Assembly (NCBI RefSeq): GCF_004342115.1
Contig: NZ_SMAC01000010.1
Location: forward strand, 14,618 to 46,617
Direction: 5' to 3'
Source: Mannheimia haemolytica
Lineage (GTDB): Bacteria > Pseudomonadota > Gammaproteobacteria > Enterobacterales > Pasteurellaceae
Length of the DNA stretch: 32,000 nt
Shown here: in pieces, positions 11,401 through 21,100 of the stretch
Layout of the letters: each line of letters starts with the position of its first letter
Position numbering within the stretch: the stretch's first letter is position 1
Program-made: the position numbers and the translations under genes
The notes under the pieces: generated by a model
Told to the model about the DNA's origin: nothing
Seen by the model: the letters and a program-made list of their open reading frames with translations, nothing else
The model's database searches: none

Positions 11401-12949
11401 GTTACAGCAAAAAGTGTTCAGCTTGGCTGATGTAATGAATCGCCGCCTCCATTTTAGCTATCAAGAAACGGTGGGTACAGAAGGCTCTGCATTAACCGAA
11501 CAGCTACGCCAACGTTTGGAAAATGCACAACGTGAGCGTGAACAGGCTCGTGATCAGCTGCGTCAAGCTCAAGCTCAACTTTCACAATATAACCAAGTAT
11601 TGACCGGCTTACGCAGTTCTTATGAGGCGAAAAACCAAATGCTACAAGAGTTAATTCGTGAAATTGACGATTTGGGCGTGCGTGGTGATAGCGGAGCGGA
11701 AGAGCGAGCCAGATTCCGCCGTGATGAATTGCAACAACGTTTAAGCCAGCAACGTTCCCGCAAAGGTTATTTAGATAAACAAATTGCGGTGATCGAGGCG
11801 GAAATGGATAACCTTAACCGCACCTTACGTAAAGCCGAACGTGATTATCATACACAACGTGAATTGGTGGTGCAGGCAAAAGCCAGCTGGTGTATTGTGC
11901 AACGTTTATCTCGTAACAGCGATGTGGAAAAACGTTTAAATCGCCGTGAATTGGCTTATCAATCGGCTGAAGAATTACGTTCGATTTCGGATAAAGCTCT
12001 CGGGGCATTACGCACCGCCGTGGCGGATAATGAATACCTACGTGATAGCTTGCGGGCTTCTGAAGATAGTCGCAAGCCGGAAAACAAAGTGGCGTTCTTT
12101 ATTGCGGTTTATCAGCATTTGCGTGAGCGGATTCGCCAAGACATTATCAAAACCGATGATCCGATTGATGCGATTGAGCAGATGGAAATCGAGCTTTCAC
12201 GCTTAACCAATGAATTAACCGGTCGTGAGAAAAAACTGGCGATCAGTGCGGAAAGTGTGGCAAATATTTTACGTAAAACCATTCAGCGTGAACAACAACG
12301 CATTTTGCAACTGAACCAAGGTTTACAAAATATTGCATTCGGTCAGGTAAAAGGGGTGCGTTTGGTGGTGAATATCCGAGATACGCACGCTATTTTACTC
12401 AATGCGTTATCCAATAATCGTGAGGAACACAAAGATTTATTCGACAGCCAAAAACTGAGCTTCTCCGAAGCCTTAGCGATGTTGTATAAACGGGTGAACC
12501 CTCATATTGAGATGGGGCAACGTACACCACAGACCATTGGTGAAGAGTTATTGGATTACCGTAACTACTTAGATTTAGAAGTGGAAACCTTCCGTGGTGC
12601 AGACGGCTGGATGCGTGCAGAAAGTAGTGCATTATCGACCGGTGAGGCGATCGGTACAGGTATGTCGATTCTCTTAATGGTAGTTCAAAGCTGGGAAGAA
12701 GAAGCTCGCCGTATGCGTGCCAAAGATATTCTACCGGCTCGCTTATTGTTCTTAGATGAAGCGGCTCGATTAGATGCTACCTCAATTAATACGCTATTTG
12801 AACTCTGCGAACGTTTGGATATGCAGTTATTAATTGCAGCCCCTGAAAATATTAGCCCTGAACGAGGCACAACTTATAAATTGGTGCGTAAAATCACCAA
12901 TAACCAAGAGTATGTTCACGTTGTTGGTTTAAAAGGCTTTGCTAAATAA
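8489..12949 (+). CDS. mukB: Chromosome partition protein MukB (SMC-like ATPase)
   Basis: 1486 aa. It has [39 protein letters not shown] (Walker A), long coiled coils, and a C-terminal LSTGEAIG signature with [11 protein letters not shown] (Walker B). The N-terminus is about 20 aa longer than E. coli MukB as I recall it. Confidence 0.95.
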   Translation: MIDTTELQNNPQIAPLARPNDVQRGKFLSLTLINWNGFFARTFDLDDLVTTLSGGNGAGKSTTMAGFVTVLIPDLTLLNFRNTTEAGSTAGSRDKGLYGKLKAGVCYAVLESFNSRGQRIITGVRLQQIVGRDKKVDIRSFSLQNIPQEQSIISLLTEQVGNKARVLALNELKDQFENSEVQFKQYHSITDYHSFMFDLGVIPKRLRSAADRSKFYKLIEASLYGGISSVITKSLRDYLLPENTGVRQAFQDMESALRENRMTLEAIKVTQSDRDMFKRLITESTNYVSADYMRNANERRGNVQQALEQRKEWYAAKSKILLEQQRFVEFSRESADIAEAEQALEADYNSANDHLNLVMNALRHQEKIERYQDEVEELNIKLEEQQEALEEIAEIAENAQARADEADDYVEELRSQMADYQQALDAQQTRALQYQQAVNALEKAKQLTGLVNLDLNNIEDYHAEFVAQAEDLTDQVFELEQRLSVSDMAKTQFEKAFESVCKISGEIDRLQAWEEARALLSAFPEQKMQAQQAVSLRQKLNDLEQRLQQQQNAQRLVAEFNQKSQQQLNSAEELDAYFEEQQARLEDLEAELSDFVEQRSTQRQQREQLNQQYQQLAKNAPAWHTAQSALTRLEEQCGEKFEASQSVMQFMQNMLSKEREATLARDELARKEQLLDEQINRLSQPDGSEDARLNQLAERFGGVLLSELYDDVSIEDAPYFSALYGEARHAIVVRDLEAVKTQLEKLDDCPSDLYLIEGDPSAFDDAVFSAEELGEGVVVKVSDRQWRYSKFPEVPLFGRAAREKHLATLKAERDETAEKHAERAFDVQKCQRLHQHLSQFIGTHLNLAFQENPEMLMQEIAAERAEIERELAQSAGNEQQLRHQLESVKAQLQMLNKILPLANLLADETLEARAEECREQLELAEEDEMFIRQFGATLSQLEPIAAALKSDPALFEQLEADYRRSVAEQKVLQQKVFSLADVMNRRLHFSYQETVGTEGSALTEQLRQRLENAQREREQARDQLRQAQAQLSQYNQVLTGLRSSYEAKNQMLQELIREIDDLGVRGDSGAEERARFRRDELQQRLSQQRSRKGYLDKQIAVIEAEMDNLNRTLRKAERDYHTQRELVVQAKASWCIVQRLSRNSDVEKRLNRRELAYQSAEELRSISDKALGALRTAVADNEYLRDSLRASEDSRKPENKVAFFIAVYQHLRERIRQDIIKTDDPIDAIEQMEIELSRLTNELTGREKKLAISAESVANILRKTIQREQQRILQLNQGLQNIAFGQVKGVRLVVNIRDTHAILLNALSNNREEHKDLFDSQKLSFSEALAMLYKRVNPHIEMGQRTPQTIGEELLDYRNYLDLEVETFRGADGWMRAESSALSTGEAIGTGMSILLMVVQSWEEEARRMRAKDILPARLLFLDEAARLDATSINTLFELCERLDMQLLIAAPENISPERGTTYKLVRKITNNQEYVHVVGLKGFAK

Positions 12950-12978
12950 AACTTAGCACTTTAATCTAAATATGTATA

Positions 12979-13019
12979 AAAAGATTGTTGATGGAAACAT
13001 TGGCAATCTTTTTATTTTC
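12979..13019 (+). terminator. Possible mukB terminator
   Basis: aaagattg (12980..12987) / caatcttt (13004..13011) with a 16-nt loop, followed by ttattttc. The stem is AT-rich and the loop is long, so confidence is low. Confidence 0.4.
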
Positions 13020-13101
13020 AGAAATTTGGAAATTTGATTTTGTTTTTACATTTATTTTTAAAATTTTGAAAATAAATGTGTTTTTCTCGGATTTAATTAA
13101 T

Positions 13102-14016
13102 ATGAAACTTGCTCGAAAAGCTCAACGGAGATTATCGTTCCTTAGAGTATTTAGTCTTGCCTTTGCGGCTTTTATAGTAAACACCACCGAATTTATTCCT
13201 ATTGCATTGCTTTCAGACATTGCAAGCAGTTTCCAAATGGAGCCTTCATCGGCAGGCATTATGATGACGGTTTATGCGTGGGTGGTATTTTTATTATCGT
13301 TACCGTTGATGTTACTCACGGCGAATATGGAAAGAAAACGGCTGTTGCTGATGTTATTTATGGGCGAATGATCGGGCAAGCCTTAGGCTGGCGGGCAACC
13401 TTTGGCATTATTGGGATTATCGCTTTGATTGTGCTAATGATGATTTGGCGGTTGCTGCCTTATTTACCAAGCAAAAATGCAGGCTCGATAAAAAGTTTGC
13501 CTTTGTTATTTAAACGCCCGATGTTAATCGGCATTTATTTGCTGGTGGCATTGATCGTTTCAGGACATTTTACCGCTTACAGCTATATTGAGCCGTTTAT
13601 GATTAAAATCAGTTCGGTGAGTGTGGAAAACACCACCTTTATTTTGCTGGTTTTTGGCTTGGCAGGTGTGGTGGCAAGTTTTTTATTTGGTCGGTTATAT
13701 GGCAAAGCCCCGAATAAATTTATCTTAAGCGGGATCGCCATTATTATGTGCAGCCAGCTTTGTTTACTGTTTTTGAGTGACTCAACAGTGGCAATGTTTA
13801 TGGTCGCTTTTGTCTGGGGAATTGGCATTACCGGAATGAGCATTGCGTTGCAAATGAAGGTGCTTGAACTTGCCCCTGATGCGACTGATGTCGCAACTGC
13901 AATTTTTTCCGGCACTTATAATTTAGGCATTGGCGGTGGAGCATTACTGGGGAGCAGCTTTTGTAGCAATGGTTTGGTTTGTATTTGTTAGCTTGAAATA
14001 TAGACAGCTCAGATAG
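13102..14016 (+). pseudogene. sotB: SotB/YdeA-like MFS sugar-efflux transporter, inactivated by two internal out-of-frame deletions
   Basis: Three reading-frame pieces match E. coli SotB in order. The first is [44 protein letters not shown]...[10 protein letters not shown]. The second, in another frame, is [14 protein letters not shown]...APDATDVATAIFSGTYNLGIGGGALLG. The third frame gives GAAFVAMVWFVFVSLKYRQLR*. About 70 codons (TM3-TM5) are missing at ~13355 and about 15 at ~13950. Confidence 0.8.
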
Positions 14017-14018
14017 TG

Positions 14019-14076
14019 ACAAGCGGTCATATTTTGCTGAAATTTTGCAAATTTTCCTGCAAAAATGACCGCTTGT
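14019..14076. terminator. Bidirectional hairpin between the convergent sotB pseudogene and yejM, built from two inverted perfect USSs
   Basis: acaagcggtcatattttgc (14019..14037) pairs with gcaaaaatgaccgcttgt (14059..14076). The stem is about 18 bp and both sides are A/T-rich. Confidence 0.7.
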
Positions 14077-14082
14077 TGAACA

Positions 14083-15819
14083 TTACTTTTCAATAAATTG
14101 ATTGCTTTGTTGAATCATTTGTAAGAACAACGCTAATGGTGGTCGAGCATCTTTCTCGTGTTCGCCATTGCTGTTAAAGTGCTTAAAGTTGCCTTTACGA
14201 TCAATTTGATATTGATCGCCATTCGGCATAATCGCCACATTCCATTTGTGATTAGAACTGGATACCCATAAACGTTGGTTCTGGGTGCTTAAATCCATAC
14301 CTTGTGCATAATCATTCAGCGGATTTTGCACGCCGAAGAATTGGCTCAGTAAGGTTGGCATAATATCTAAATGGCTTGAAAGGAAATGGTACTCTTTGCT
14401 TTCGCCTTGCCAGTAGAACATCATCGGCACTTGAATGTGTTGTTTATCGAAGCTATTTTCTGCTCCAACTTCATTACTAATATCGGCGGTAATGATTACC
14501 AGCGTATTCGCCAATAGTGCATTTTGGGTCAAATGTTGCCAGATTTCAGCGAATTGCCAATCTAATAATTTTGCCTGCTCTTGAGCGGTGTGGGCGAAGG
14601 GCATTCTTAAGTCTAAATAACTAAAGAACGGATTTTCCAATGAGCGAGAGCTGATCCAGTTTTTCCATTGCCCAATCGCCCCTACATTACTGTGCGCCGT
14701 AGGCAATAAAATACCAGAGAAGATCGCCTGATGATAAATCGGGTCGGCAAAACCATTATGTGAAAACAGCCCTAATTGATAGTCCGATTTTCTAGCGATT
14801 TCGATAAGCGGTGACACGGTTTTATCGGCTAAAACGGAATCCAAATATTTACCGCTTAAACTGTAAAATAGACCTAATGCACCGGCAGAGGCTGAATCAC
14901 CACTACTGTAATGCTGCATAAAGCGGTGGCTTTGTTGGCTGATTTCTGTCAGCTTAGGCATTGTTTCGGCATTTATTATCTGTTTAGATAAACCTGATAA
15001 ATTAATCAGTAAAATATTAGTTGAGGGCGTTTTGGTCGCAATCAAGGGAGATTTTGGATAATTCAGATAGAAAGTATCTAGTCTGCCACTTTCTTCAATT
15101 TCTTGATTAAATTCTACTCGGTCAATAAAACCGTGTTTTTCTAAGAAATTACGAGCCGTCATCGGGTAAGAAAGTGGGTAGTTTGCTCGTTGAGCGGTAA
15201 TCGGGCGGTAGGCATTCATATCTGCCCACGCATAGATTAAATGAGTAGCGGTAAAGCTGATCACGAAAAAGAGAGCGACATATTTGCCCCATTTTTGGCG
15301 GCTAAAACTACGCAGTTTCTGCCAGCACCAGCGAGAGTAGAGCATTTCTGCCAGCAAAAGGAGTGGCATTGGTACAAACAGCAGTTGCCATTTACGGGTC
15401 AGTTCCCCTTCTTCCGGATTAACTAACAGATCCCATACAAGCGGTGATAAATGCAGATAAAATTGCTTGAAGACTTCAGTATCCACCAATAACACGGTTT
15501 GCCCGATGGTGGCTAAAATCACGGAAAGCCCACGATAGGTGCGATGATTCTTAACAATAAAACTGAGCGGAAACAGAATTAATAGAAATCCTGCAAAGAC
15601 CACAAAGCTGAAATGCCCGAACAGGCTGACAAAGAAATAAAGTTTGCCTACAAGCGTGTTCGGCCAGTCTGCATTAAATGCGTAACGAGAGGAAATGAGT
15701 AGTGCCAACACAATATTAAATAGTGCAAACCAATGCCCCCACGTGATTTTCTGTGAGGTTTCTTCTCGATATTGGCGAGAATTGGTCGGCAATAAACTGC
15801 GTAGGCGTGCAAACATCAT
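14083..15819 (-). CDS. yejM: Inner-membrane protein YejM/PbgA (LapC): five-TM N-terminal domain plus periplasmic sulfatase-like domain
   Basis: 578 aa. It has an N-terminal polytopic membrane region (DUF3413-like) and a C-terminal alkaline-phosphatase/sulfatase-fold domain. Its start lies 1 nt after the yejL stop, matching the E. coli yejLM operon. Confidence 0.9.
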   Translation of the reverse strand: MMFARLRSLLPTNSRQYREETSQKITWGHWFALFNIVLALLISSRYAFNADWPNTLVGKLYFFVSLFGHFSFVVFAGFLLILFPLSFIVKNHRTYRGLSVILATIGQTVLLVDTEVFKQFYLHLSPLVWDLLVNPEEGELTRKWQLLFVPMPLLLLAEMLYSRWCWQKLRSFSRQKWGKYVALFFVISFTATHLIYAWADMNAYRPITAQRANYPLSYPMTARNFLEKHGFIDRVEFNQEIEESGRLDTFYLNYPKSPLIATKTPSTNILLINLSGLSKQIINAETMPKLTEISQQSHRFMQHYSSGDSASAGALGLFYSLSGKYLDSVLADKTVSPLIEIARKSDYQLGLFSHNGFADPIYHQAIFSGILLPTAHSNVGAIGQWKNWISSRSLENPFFSYLDLRMPFAHTAQEQAKLLDWQFAEIWQHLTQNALLANTLVIITADISNEVGAENSFDKQHIQVPMMFYWQGESKEYHFLSSHLDIMPTLLSQFFGVQNPLNDYAQGMDLSTQNQRLWVSSSNHKWNVAIMPNGDQYQIDRKGNFKHFNSNGEHEKDARPPLALFLQMIQQSNQFIEK

Positions 15820-15820
15820 C

Positions 15821-16042
15821 TTATTTGGTTTTTAGTGATTGTTTTAATGCATCGGCAAAGGCATCAGCGAGAGCTTCTCTTTGTGCCGGGCTTTGAATAT
15901 TTTCAATTAAAATGTTAGTTATCATATTGCCTAATGCCATTAACGATAAATCCACCGGTGCTTTATGCTTTTCTATGGTGGCGATGAGGTCAGCCAATAG
16001 CTGCTCAAATTGTTTGGTGTGGTATTTAGATTTCGTTGCCAT
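15821..16042 (-). CDS. yejL: UPF0352 protein YejL (DUF1414)
   Basis: 73 aa. QFEQLLADLIATIEKHKAPVDLSLMALGNMITNIL aligns with E. coli YejL ([34 protein letters not shown]). Confidence 0.85.
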   Translation of the reverse strand: MATKSKYHTKQFEQLLADLIATIEKHKAPVDLSLMALGNMITNILIENIQSPAQREALADAFADALKQSLKTK

Positions 16043-16154
16043 ATTGAAATAAAGATGATCCTATAATTAGGTACAAATAGTAGCACAAAAATAATAATAA
16101 AGTAGCGTTAAGCGTTATTGTTTGAGTGATTTTTGCAAAGTTTTAGCCAAAAAT

Positions 16155-16164
16155 GACCGCTTGT
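16155..16164 (-). repeat. Apl-type uptake signal sequence (perfect 10-mer)
   Basis: gaccgcttgt, with TGCAAA 21 nt upstream. Confidence 0.85.
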
Positions 16165-16245
16165 TCAATAAATGAGGAATTTTGCAACTATTTTATTTTA
16201 ATTTGATAGGTGTTTTCTGCTTTCTTTTTTCATAAAAAAAGCTAA

Positions 16246-16263
16246 AATGAACGGCTGTTCATT
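16246..16263. promoter_or_regulatory. Perfect 18-bp palindrome AATGAAC-GGCT-GTTCATT; candidate operator for the adjacent TetR repressor
   Basis: Both 7-nt half-sites are exact reverse complements. The palindrome overlaps a TAAAAT -10-like hexamer (16243..16248) and ends 18 nt upstream of the SD-preceded ATG at 16281. Confidence 0.55.
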
Positions 16264-16310
16264 ATAGGTAAGGAGATAAAATGTCTAGGCGAAGCGAGCC
16301 AAAATAAGAG

Positions 16311-16853
16311 ATGGTAAACCGTATTTTATCGGCAACCGAGTCGCTGATTGTGCAAGAAGGTTTGCAAAACCTTTCAATGCGTAGTATTGCAAAAGAAGCA
16401 GGGATCGCTTCCGGTACATTATATCTTTACTTTAAAACCAAAGATGATTTATTGCACTCATTGGCTGCCCAATTACTCGAATGTTATAACGGTTATATGC
16501 ATTTTGAGTTTAAGCCTGAAATGGCGTTATTTGAGCAATATAAAGCGTTGGTCAATAAAAAATGGCAGTTTTTAATCGAGCGTTTAGATTTGGTAAAACA
16601 GTTTCAAGCGGTGATAGGGATTGATGAATTGATTCGGGAAACCATAGCTGATGAAACTTCCTTTTGGAATAAATTAATTTTAGAAGGGAAAAAGCAAAGG
16701 ATTATTGCTGATCTACCTAATGAGTTGCTTTATGGATTAAGCATCGGCACATTGGTGGATATCCAATATCTGCAAAATCTGAATCAAGAAAATCAGTTTG
16801 ATGGATATTTAGACGAGATTATTTTACGCACTTGGAAAGCAATCACTTTTTAA
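16311..16853 (+). CDS. TetR/AcrR-family transcriptional repressor (probable regulator of the downstream RND pump)
   Basis: 180 aa. The N-terminal HTH is RILSATESLIVQEGLQNLSMRSIAKEAGIASGTLYLYFKTKDDLL. An upstream in-frame ATG (16281) with a strong SD is separated from this start by a TAA at 16305..16307 (see findings). Confidence 0.85.
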   Translation: MVNRILSATESLIVQEGLQNLSMRSIAKEAGIASGTLYLYFKTKDDLLHSLAAQLLECYNGYMHFEFKPEMALFEQYKALVNKKWQFLIERLDLVKQFQAVIGIDELIRETIADETSFWNKLILEGKKQRIIADLPNELLYGLSIGTLVDIQYLQNLNQENQFDGYLDEIILRTWKAITF

Positions 16854-16883
16854 GTTTCTTTTTATTAGTTTTATGGAGAATGT

Positions 16884-18089
16884 ATGACAACGGAAACACA
16901 GAAGCTGGGTAAAGGCAGAAAGTTTTTAATTGTACTCACATTGTTAATCGTATTGATTGTGTTTGCTGCAATCGTAGGGTTACAAAAAATCGGGGCAATG
17001 AAAAAAGCCGAAGCAGCGGCAAATATGCCGGAGGCGGTGAGCGAAGTTACTGCTATGCAAGTGACGACCCAAGAATGGACACCAACCATTTCTGCGGTCG
17101 GTTATATTCGCCCAAATCAAGGGGCAATGTTAAGTGCTGAAACTTCAGGCGTGGTTAGCCGTGTTTTGGTCACTTCAGGACAGCGTGTGAAAAAAGGTGA
17201 TCTGTTAGTAGAATTTGACAGCAGTGTTGAAATTGCTAACTTGAGAGCCTCTGAAGCGCAATTACCGAATGCCAAAGCAAATTTAGAGCGTTACCGTAAT
17301 CTGATTGCCTCAAACAGTGCTTCTAAAGCCGAGTTTGATAATGCTCAATCTACCTACAACCAATTATTAGCCAATATCGAGGCATTGCGTGCTACGATTA
17401 AACGCCGTCAAATTTATGCTCCGTTTAGTGGTTTAGCGGGTATCGTGAATGTGAATGTTGGGCAATACATTACAATGGGTACGGAAATTGTGCGTGTGGA
17501 AGATCAATCTTCAATGAAAGTACGTTTTACCTTGCCGCAAACTAATTTAGAGCAAATCTCGATTGGGCAAAAAGTGACAGCCGTAATTGATGCGTTACCG
17601 GCACAAACCTTCCCAGCTAAAATTGTGGCTATTGATCCGGCTGTGGATCGTTTAACCGGCTTAATTAATGTGGAAGCGGTGATTGAAGAAGGGCAGGAAA
17701 AATTGCTTTCAGGTATGTTTGCCCGCTTAAATGTTGCTTTACCAACAGAAACCGGACAAATCGTCGTACCACAAATTTCTATCGCTTACACTATGTATGG
17801 TGAAACGGTATATGTGCTGCAACCATTATCTGATGAAGATAAAGAAATGGTGAACAAAATGGCGGTACAAAACCCAAGTTTAGATGTAAACAAAATGTAC
17901 CGTGCAAAACAGATGGAAGTGAAAACGGCTGACCGCAAAGGAAACTATTCACAATTATCCAAAGGCGTGAAAGCAGGTGATCTGATTGTAACAGGCGGTT
18001 TACAACGTTTAAGTAATAATGCGTTGGTTAAAGTTTCTGATACAGAAGCCGTAGGCATTACCACACCGGCGAAAAACAGTAAACTGTAG
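16884..18089 (+). CDS. RND efflux periplasmic adaptor (membrane fusion protein, AcrA/MdtA family)
   Basis: 401 aa. It has an N-terminal membrane anchor, a lipoyl/hairpin/beta-barrel organisation (GDLLVEFD...YAPFSGLAGIVNVNVGQYI), and an SD 'ggaga'. Confidence 0.9.
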   Translation: MTTETQKLGKGRKFLIVLTLLIVLIVFAAIVGLQKIGAMKKAEAAANMPEAVSEVTAMQVTTQEWTPTISAVGYIRPNQGAMLSAETSGVVSRVLVTSGQRVKKGDLLVEFDSSVEIANLRASEAQLPNAKANLERYRNLIASNSASKAEFDNAQSTYNQLLANIEALRATIKRRQIYAPFSGLAGIVNVNVGQYITMGTEIVRVEDQSSMKVRFTLPQTNLEQISIGQKVTAVIDALPAQTFPAKIVAIDPAVDRLTGLINVEAVIEEGQEKLLSGMFARLNVALPTETGQIVVPQISIAYTMYGETVYVLQPLSDEDKEMVNKMAVQNPSLDVNKMYRAKQMEVKTADRKGNYSQLSKGVKAGDLIVTGGLQRLSNNALVKVSDTEAVGITTPAKNSKL

Positions 18090-18102
18090 TGGAGTGAGTT
18101 AA

Positions 18103-21100
18103 GTGAAATTTACTGACATCTTTATTAAACGTCCTGTTTTGGCAGTTTGTATCAGCCTATTGATTACGATCCTAGGCTTGCAAGCAATCGAAAAATTGCA
18201 GGTGCGTGAATATCCGGAGATGACGGTCTCGATTGTAACCGTGAGTGTTAACTATTCAGGTGCAGATGCACGTTTAATGCAGACACTGGTTACCTCACAG
18301 TTAGAAGAGGCTGTTGCTCAAGCGGATAATATTGACTATATGACTTCATCAAGCTCTCCAAGTACCACTACGGTAACGGCAAAAATGAAGTTAAATACCG
18401 ATCCGAATGCCGCACTTTCCGATATTTCGGCAAAAGTGAATGCGGTACGCTCAAATTTACCGAGCGGTATTGATGATCCGTCAATTAGAGTCTCAACCGG
18501 TTCAAATGATGCGTTAATGTATATCCGATTTGTCTCTGATGAACTTAATACATCACAAGTTACCGATTATATTAACCGTGTAGTAAAACCACAGTTCTTT
18601 ACGGTAAATGGTGTTTCTAGCGTTGATGTGTATGGCTCTGTTTTTGGCTTACGCATCTGGCTTGATCCGGATAAAATGGCGAGCAATAACCTATCAGGGG
18701 CGGCTGTATTATCGGCATTAAGTGCCAATAACTTGCAAACCGCTGCGGGTAATTCTAACGGTTACTATACGGTTTATAGAAACAAAGTACTTTCTACCAC
18801 GCCTTCTGTGACAGAGTTAGAAGAGGTTACGGTTTCAACCACCAAAGATGGAAAAACCATCAAATTAAAAGATATTGCGACTGTTGAGCTGGATAAATAC
18901 CAAGATGCAGCAAGAGCAACGGTTGGCGGTAAAGATGCAGTTGTGCTTGCTGTTTCGGTAGCCGCAACGGCAAACTCTTTAACCGTAGCGAAAGATATTT
19001 ATCCGATGTTTGAGCAGGTATTAAAAAATCTACCAAGCACCATTCAAGGAGATATTGTTTACGATAAAACCATTGCGATTGATAGTTCTATCAAAGAAGT
19101 AATTAAAACTATTGGTGAGGCAACCGTCATTGTATTGGTAGTAATTATCCTGTTCTTAGGTTCATTACGAGCAATGATTGTACCGGTGATTACCATTCCG
19201 ATTTCCTTAATCGGGGTATTATTCTTCCTGCAAATGTTTGGTTTCTCGATCAACTTGCTTACTTTGCTGGCGTTGGTATTAGCGATCGGCTTGGTAGTGG
19301 ACGATGCGATTGTCGTACTTGAAAACGTAGAACGTCACGTTAAAGAAGGTAAAACGCCATTTGATGCAGCGATTATCGGTACACGTGAAATTGCTTTACC
19401 GGTTATTTCAATGACTATTACTCTGGGTGCAGTATATTCACCAATGGCATTAATGACCGGGGTAACAGGGACACTATTTAAAGAGTTCGCTTTAACGCTT
19501 GCCGGTGCGGTATTTATTTCGGGGATTGCGGCATTAACCCTTTCGCCGATGATGTCTAGCCGAATATTAAAAGAACATAAAGAAGGGGAAGAGTCAGCAT
19601 TTGCCCGCGTGGTGCATAGATCACTAGATAAAATGACCAGCTGCTATACCAATATGCTAAGCGGTATTATGGCTGTTCGTGGTTTCGTCTTATTCTTTGC
19701 GGTGCTGATCTTCGCCAGTTTACCGATGTTATTTGGCTCACTTTCCAGTGAAGTTGCACCGACAGAAGACCGTGGCTTTGTGGTTGGTATTTCTAATGGA
19801 CCTTCAAACACCAATTTAGATTATACCGAAGCAGCGTTAGCCCAATTTAATCAGGAAGTAACTAAATTACCTGAAGTATCTTCCTTAATGACAGTTTCAG
19901 GCTTTAATGGTGCAAATAGTGCATTATCGATTATTGCATTAAAAGATTGGAATGATCGTAGCCGTGAACGTGCTGCGATTTCTAATGATGTGGCTGCAAT
20001 CGGTAAAAAAGTGGTGGGTATGGACGTGAATGCAATTGCATTCCCTGAAATTTCAACCGGTGAAAATGGTCTACCATTCTCATTAGTGATTACTACCGCT
20101 GATAGCTATGAAAAATTGGCAATCGTTGCCTCTGAATTCTTGAAAAAAGCCCAAACTTCCGGTCAGTTCTTCTTTGCGAATTTAGATTTGAAATTTGATA
20201 CGGTCACGATGAATATGAAATTCGACCGTGAAAAAATGGGTGCTTATGGCGTGACAATGCAGCAGGTGAGTGGCACATTAGGGGCATTCTTATCCGGTGC
20301 GATTATTACTCGTGTCGATATTGACTCTCGTGCTTACCCGATTGTGTCGCAAGCGGTGCGTAATGATCGTTTAAATCCTGAAGATTTAATGAATTACTAT
20401 GTCACGACTGCAACAGGGCAATCTATCCCGTTAGGTTCATTTGTGACGATGGAATTAAAAACATCACCATCTTCTTTACCTCGTATGAGCCAATTAAACT
20501 CGGCCACCATTGGTGGGGTAGTATCTGGCTCAATCGGCGATGCGGTAAATTGGGCGAAAGCAGAATTAGATCGCACTTTACCATCAGGTTATCAATATGA
20601 CTTCCGTGGTGAATCTCGCCAGTTCGTTCAAGAAGGTAATGCGATGGCAATGACTTTCGCTCTAGCAGTTATCATTATCTATCTTGTACTTGCAATTCAA
20701 TTTGAATCTTGGCGTGACCCATTAGTAATTTTGGTTTCTGTGCCGTTAGCTGTGAGTGGTGCATTGTTGGTAATGAACATTCCAACCGCAATGAAAGGCT
20801 TGTTTATGGGGATTGCAGCAGGCACTGGCTCGAAAGATATGATGGCATTCGCCAACGGTATTTGGACGGCAGGTTATACCTTAAATATCTATTCACAAGT
20901 AGGTCTAATTACCCTTGTCGGCTTAATTACTAAACACGGTATCTTGATGTGTGAAGTGGCGAAAGAAGAGCAGTTACTGCACGGCAAATCACGCTATGAA
21001 GCTATTTTCCACGCAGCCACGATTCGTTTACGCCCAATTATGATGACAACGGCAGCAATGATTGCAGGCTTAATTCCGCTTCTGTTTGCGGTGGGTGCCG

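Noticed and set aside
13048-13079. 11-bp perfect inverted repeat ACATTTATTTT...AAAATAAATGT upstream of the sotB-like gene, as a possible operator
   Set aside because: The stem is nearly pure A/T in an AT-rich region upstream of a dead gene. It cannot be distinguished from a chance low-complexity palindrome, and no regulator gene is adjacent.
12985-13101. N-terminal extension of the MFS ORF ([39 protein letters not shown]...)
   Set aside because: It opens at a non-ATG codon in an extremely AT-rich promoter-like region and has no counterpart in SotB homologues. The homologous protein starts at the ATG at 13102 ([16 protein letters not shown]...).
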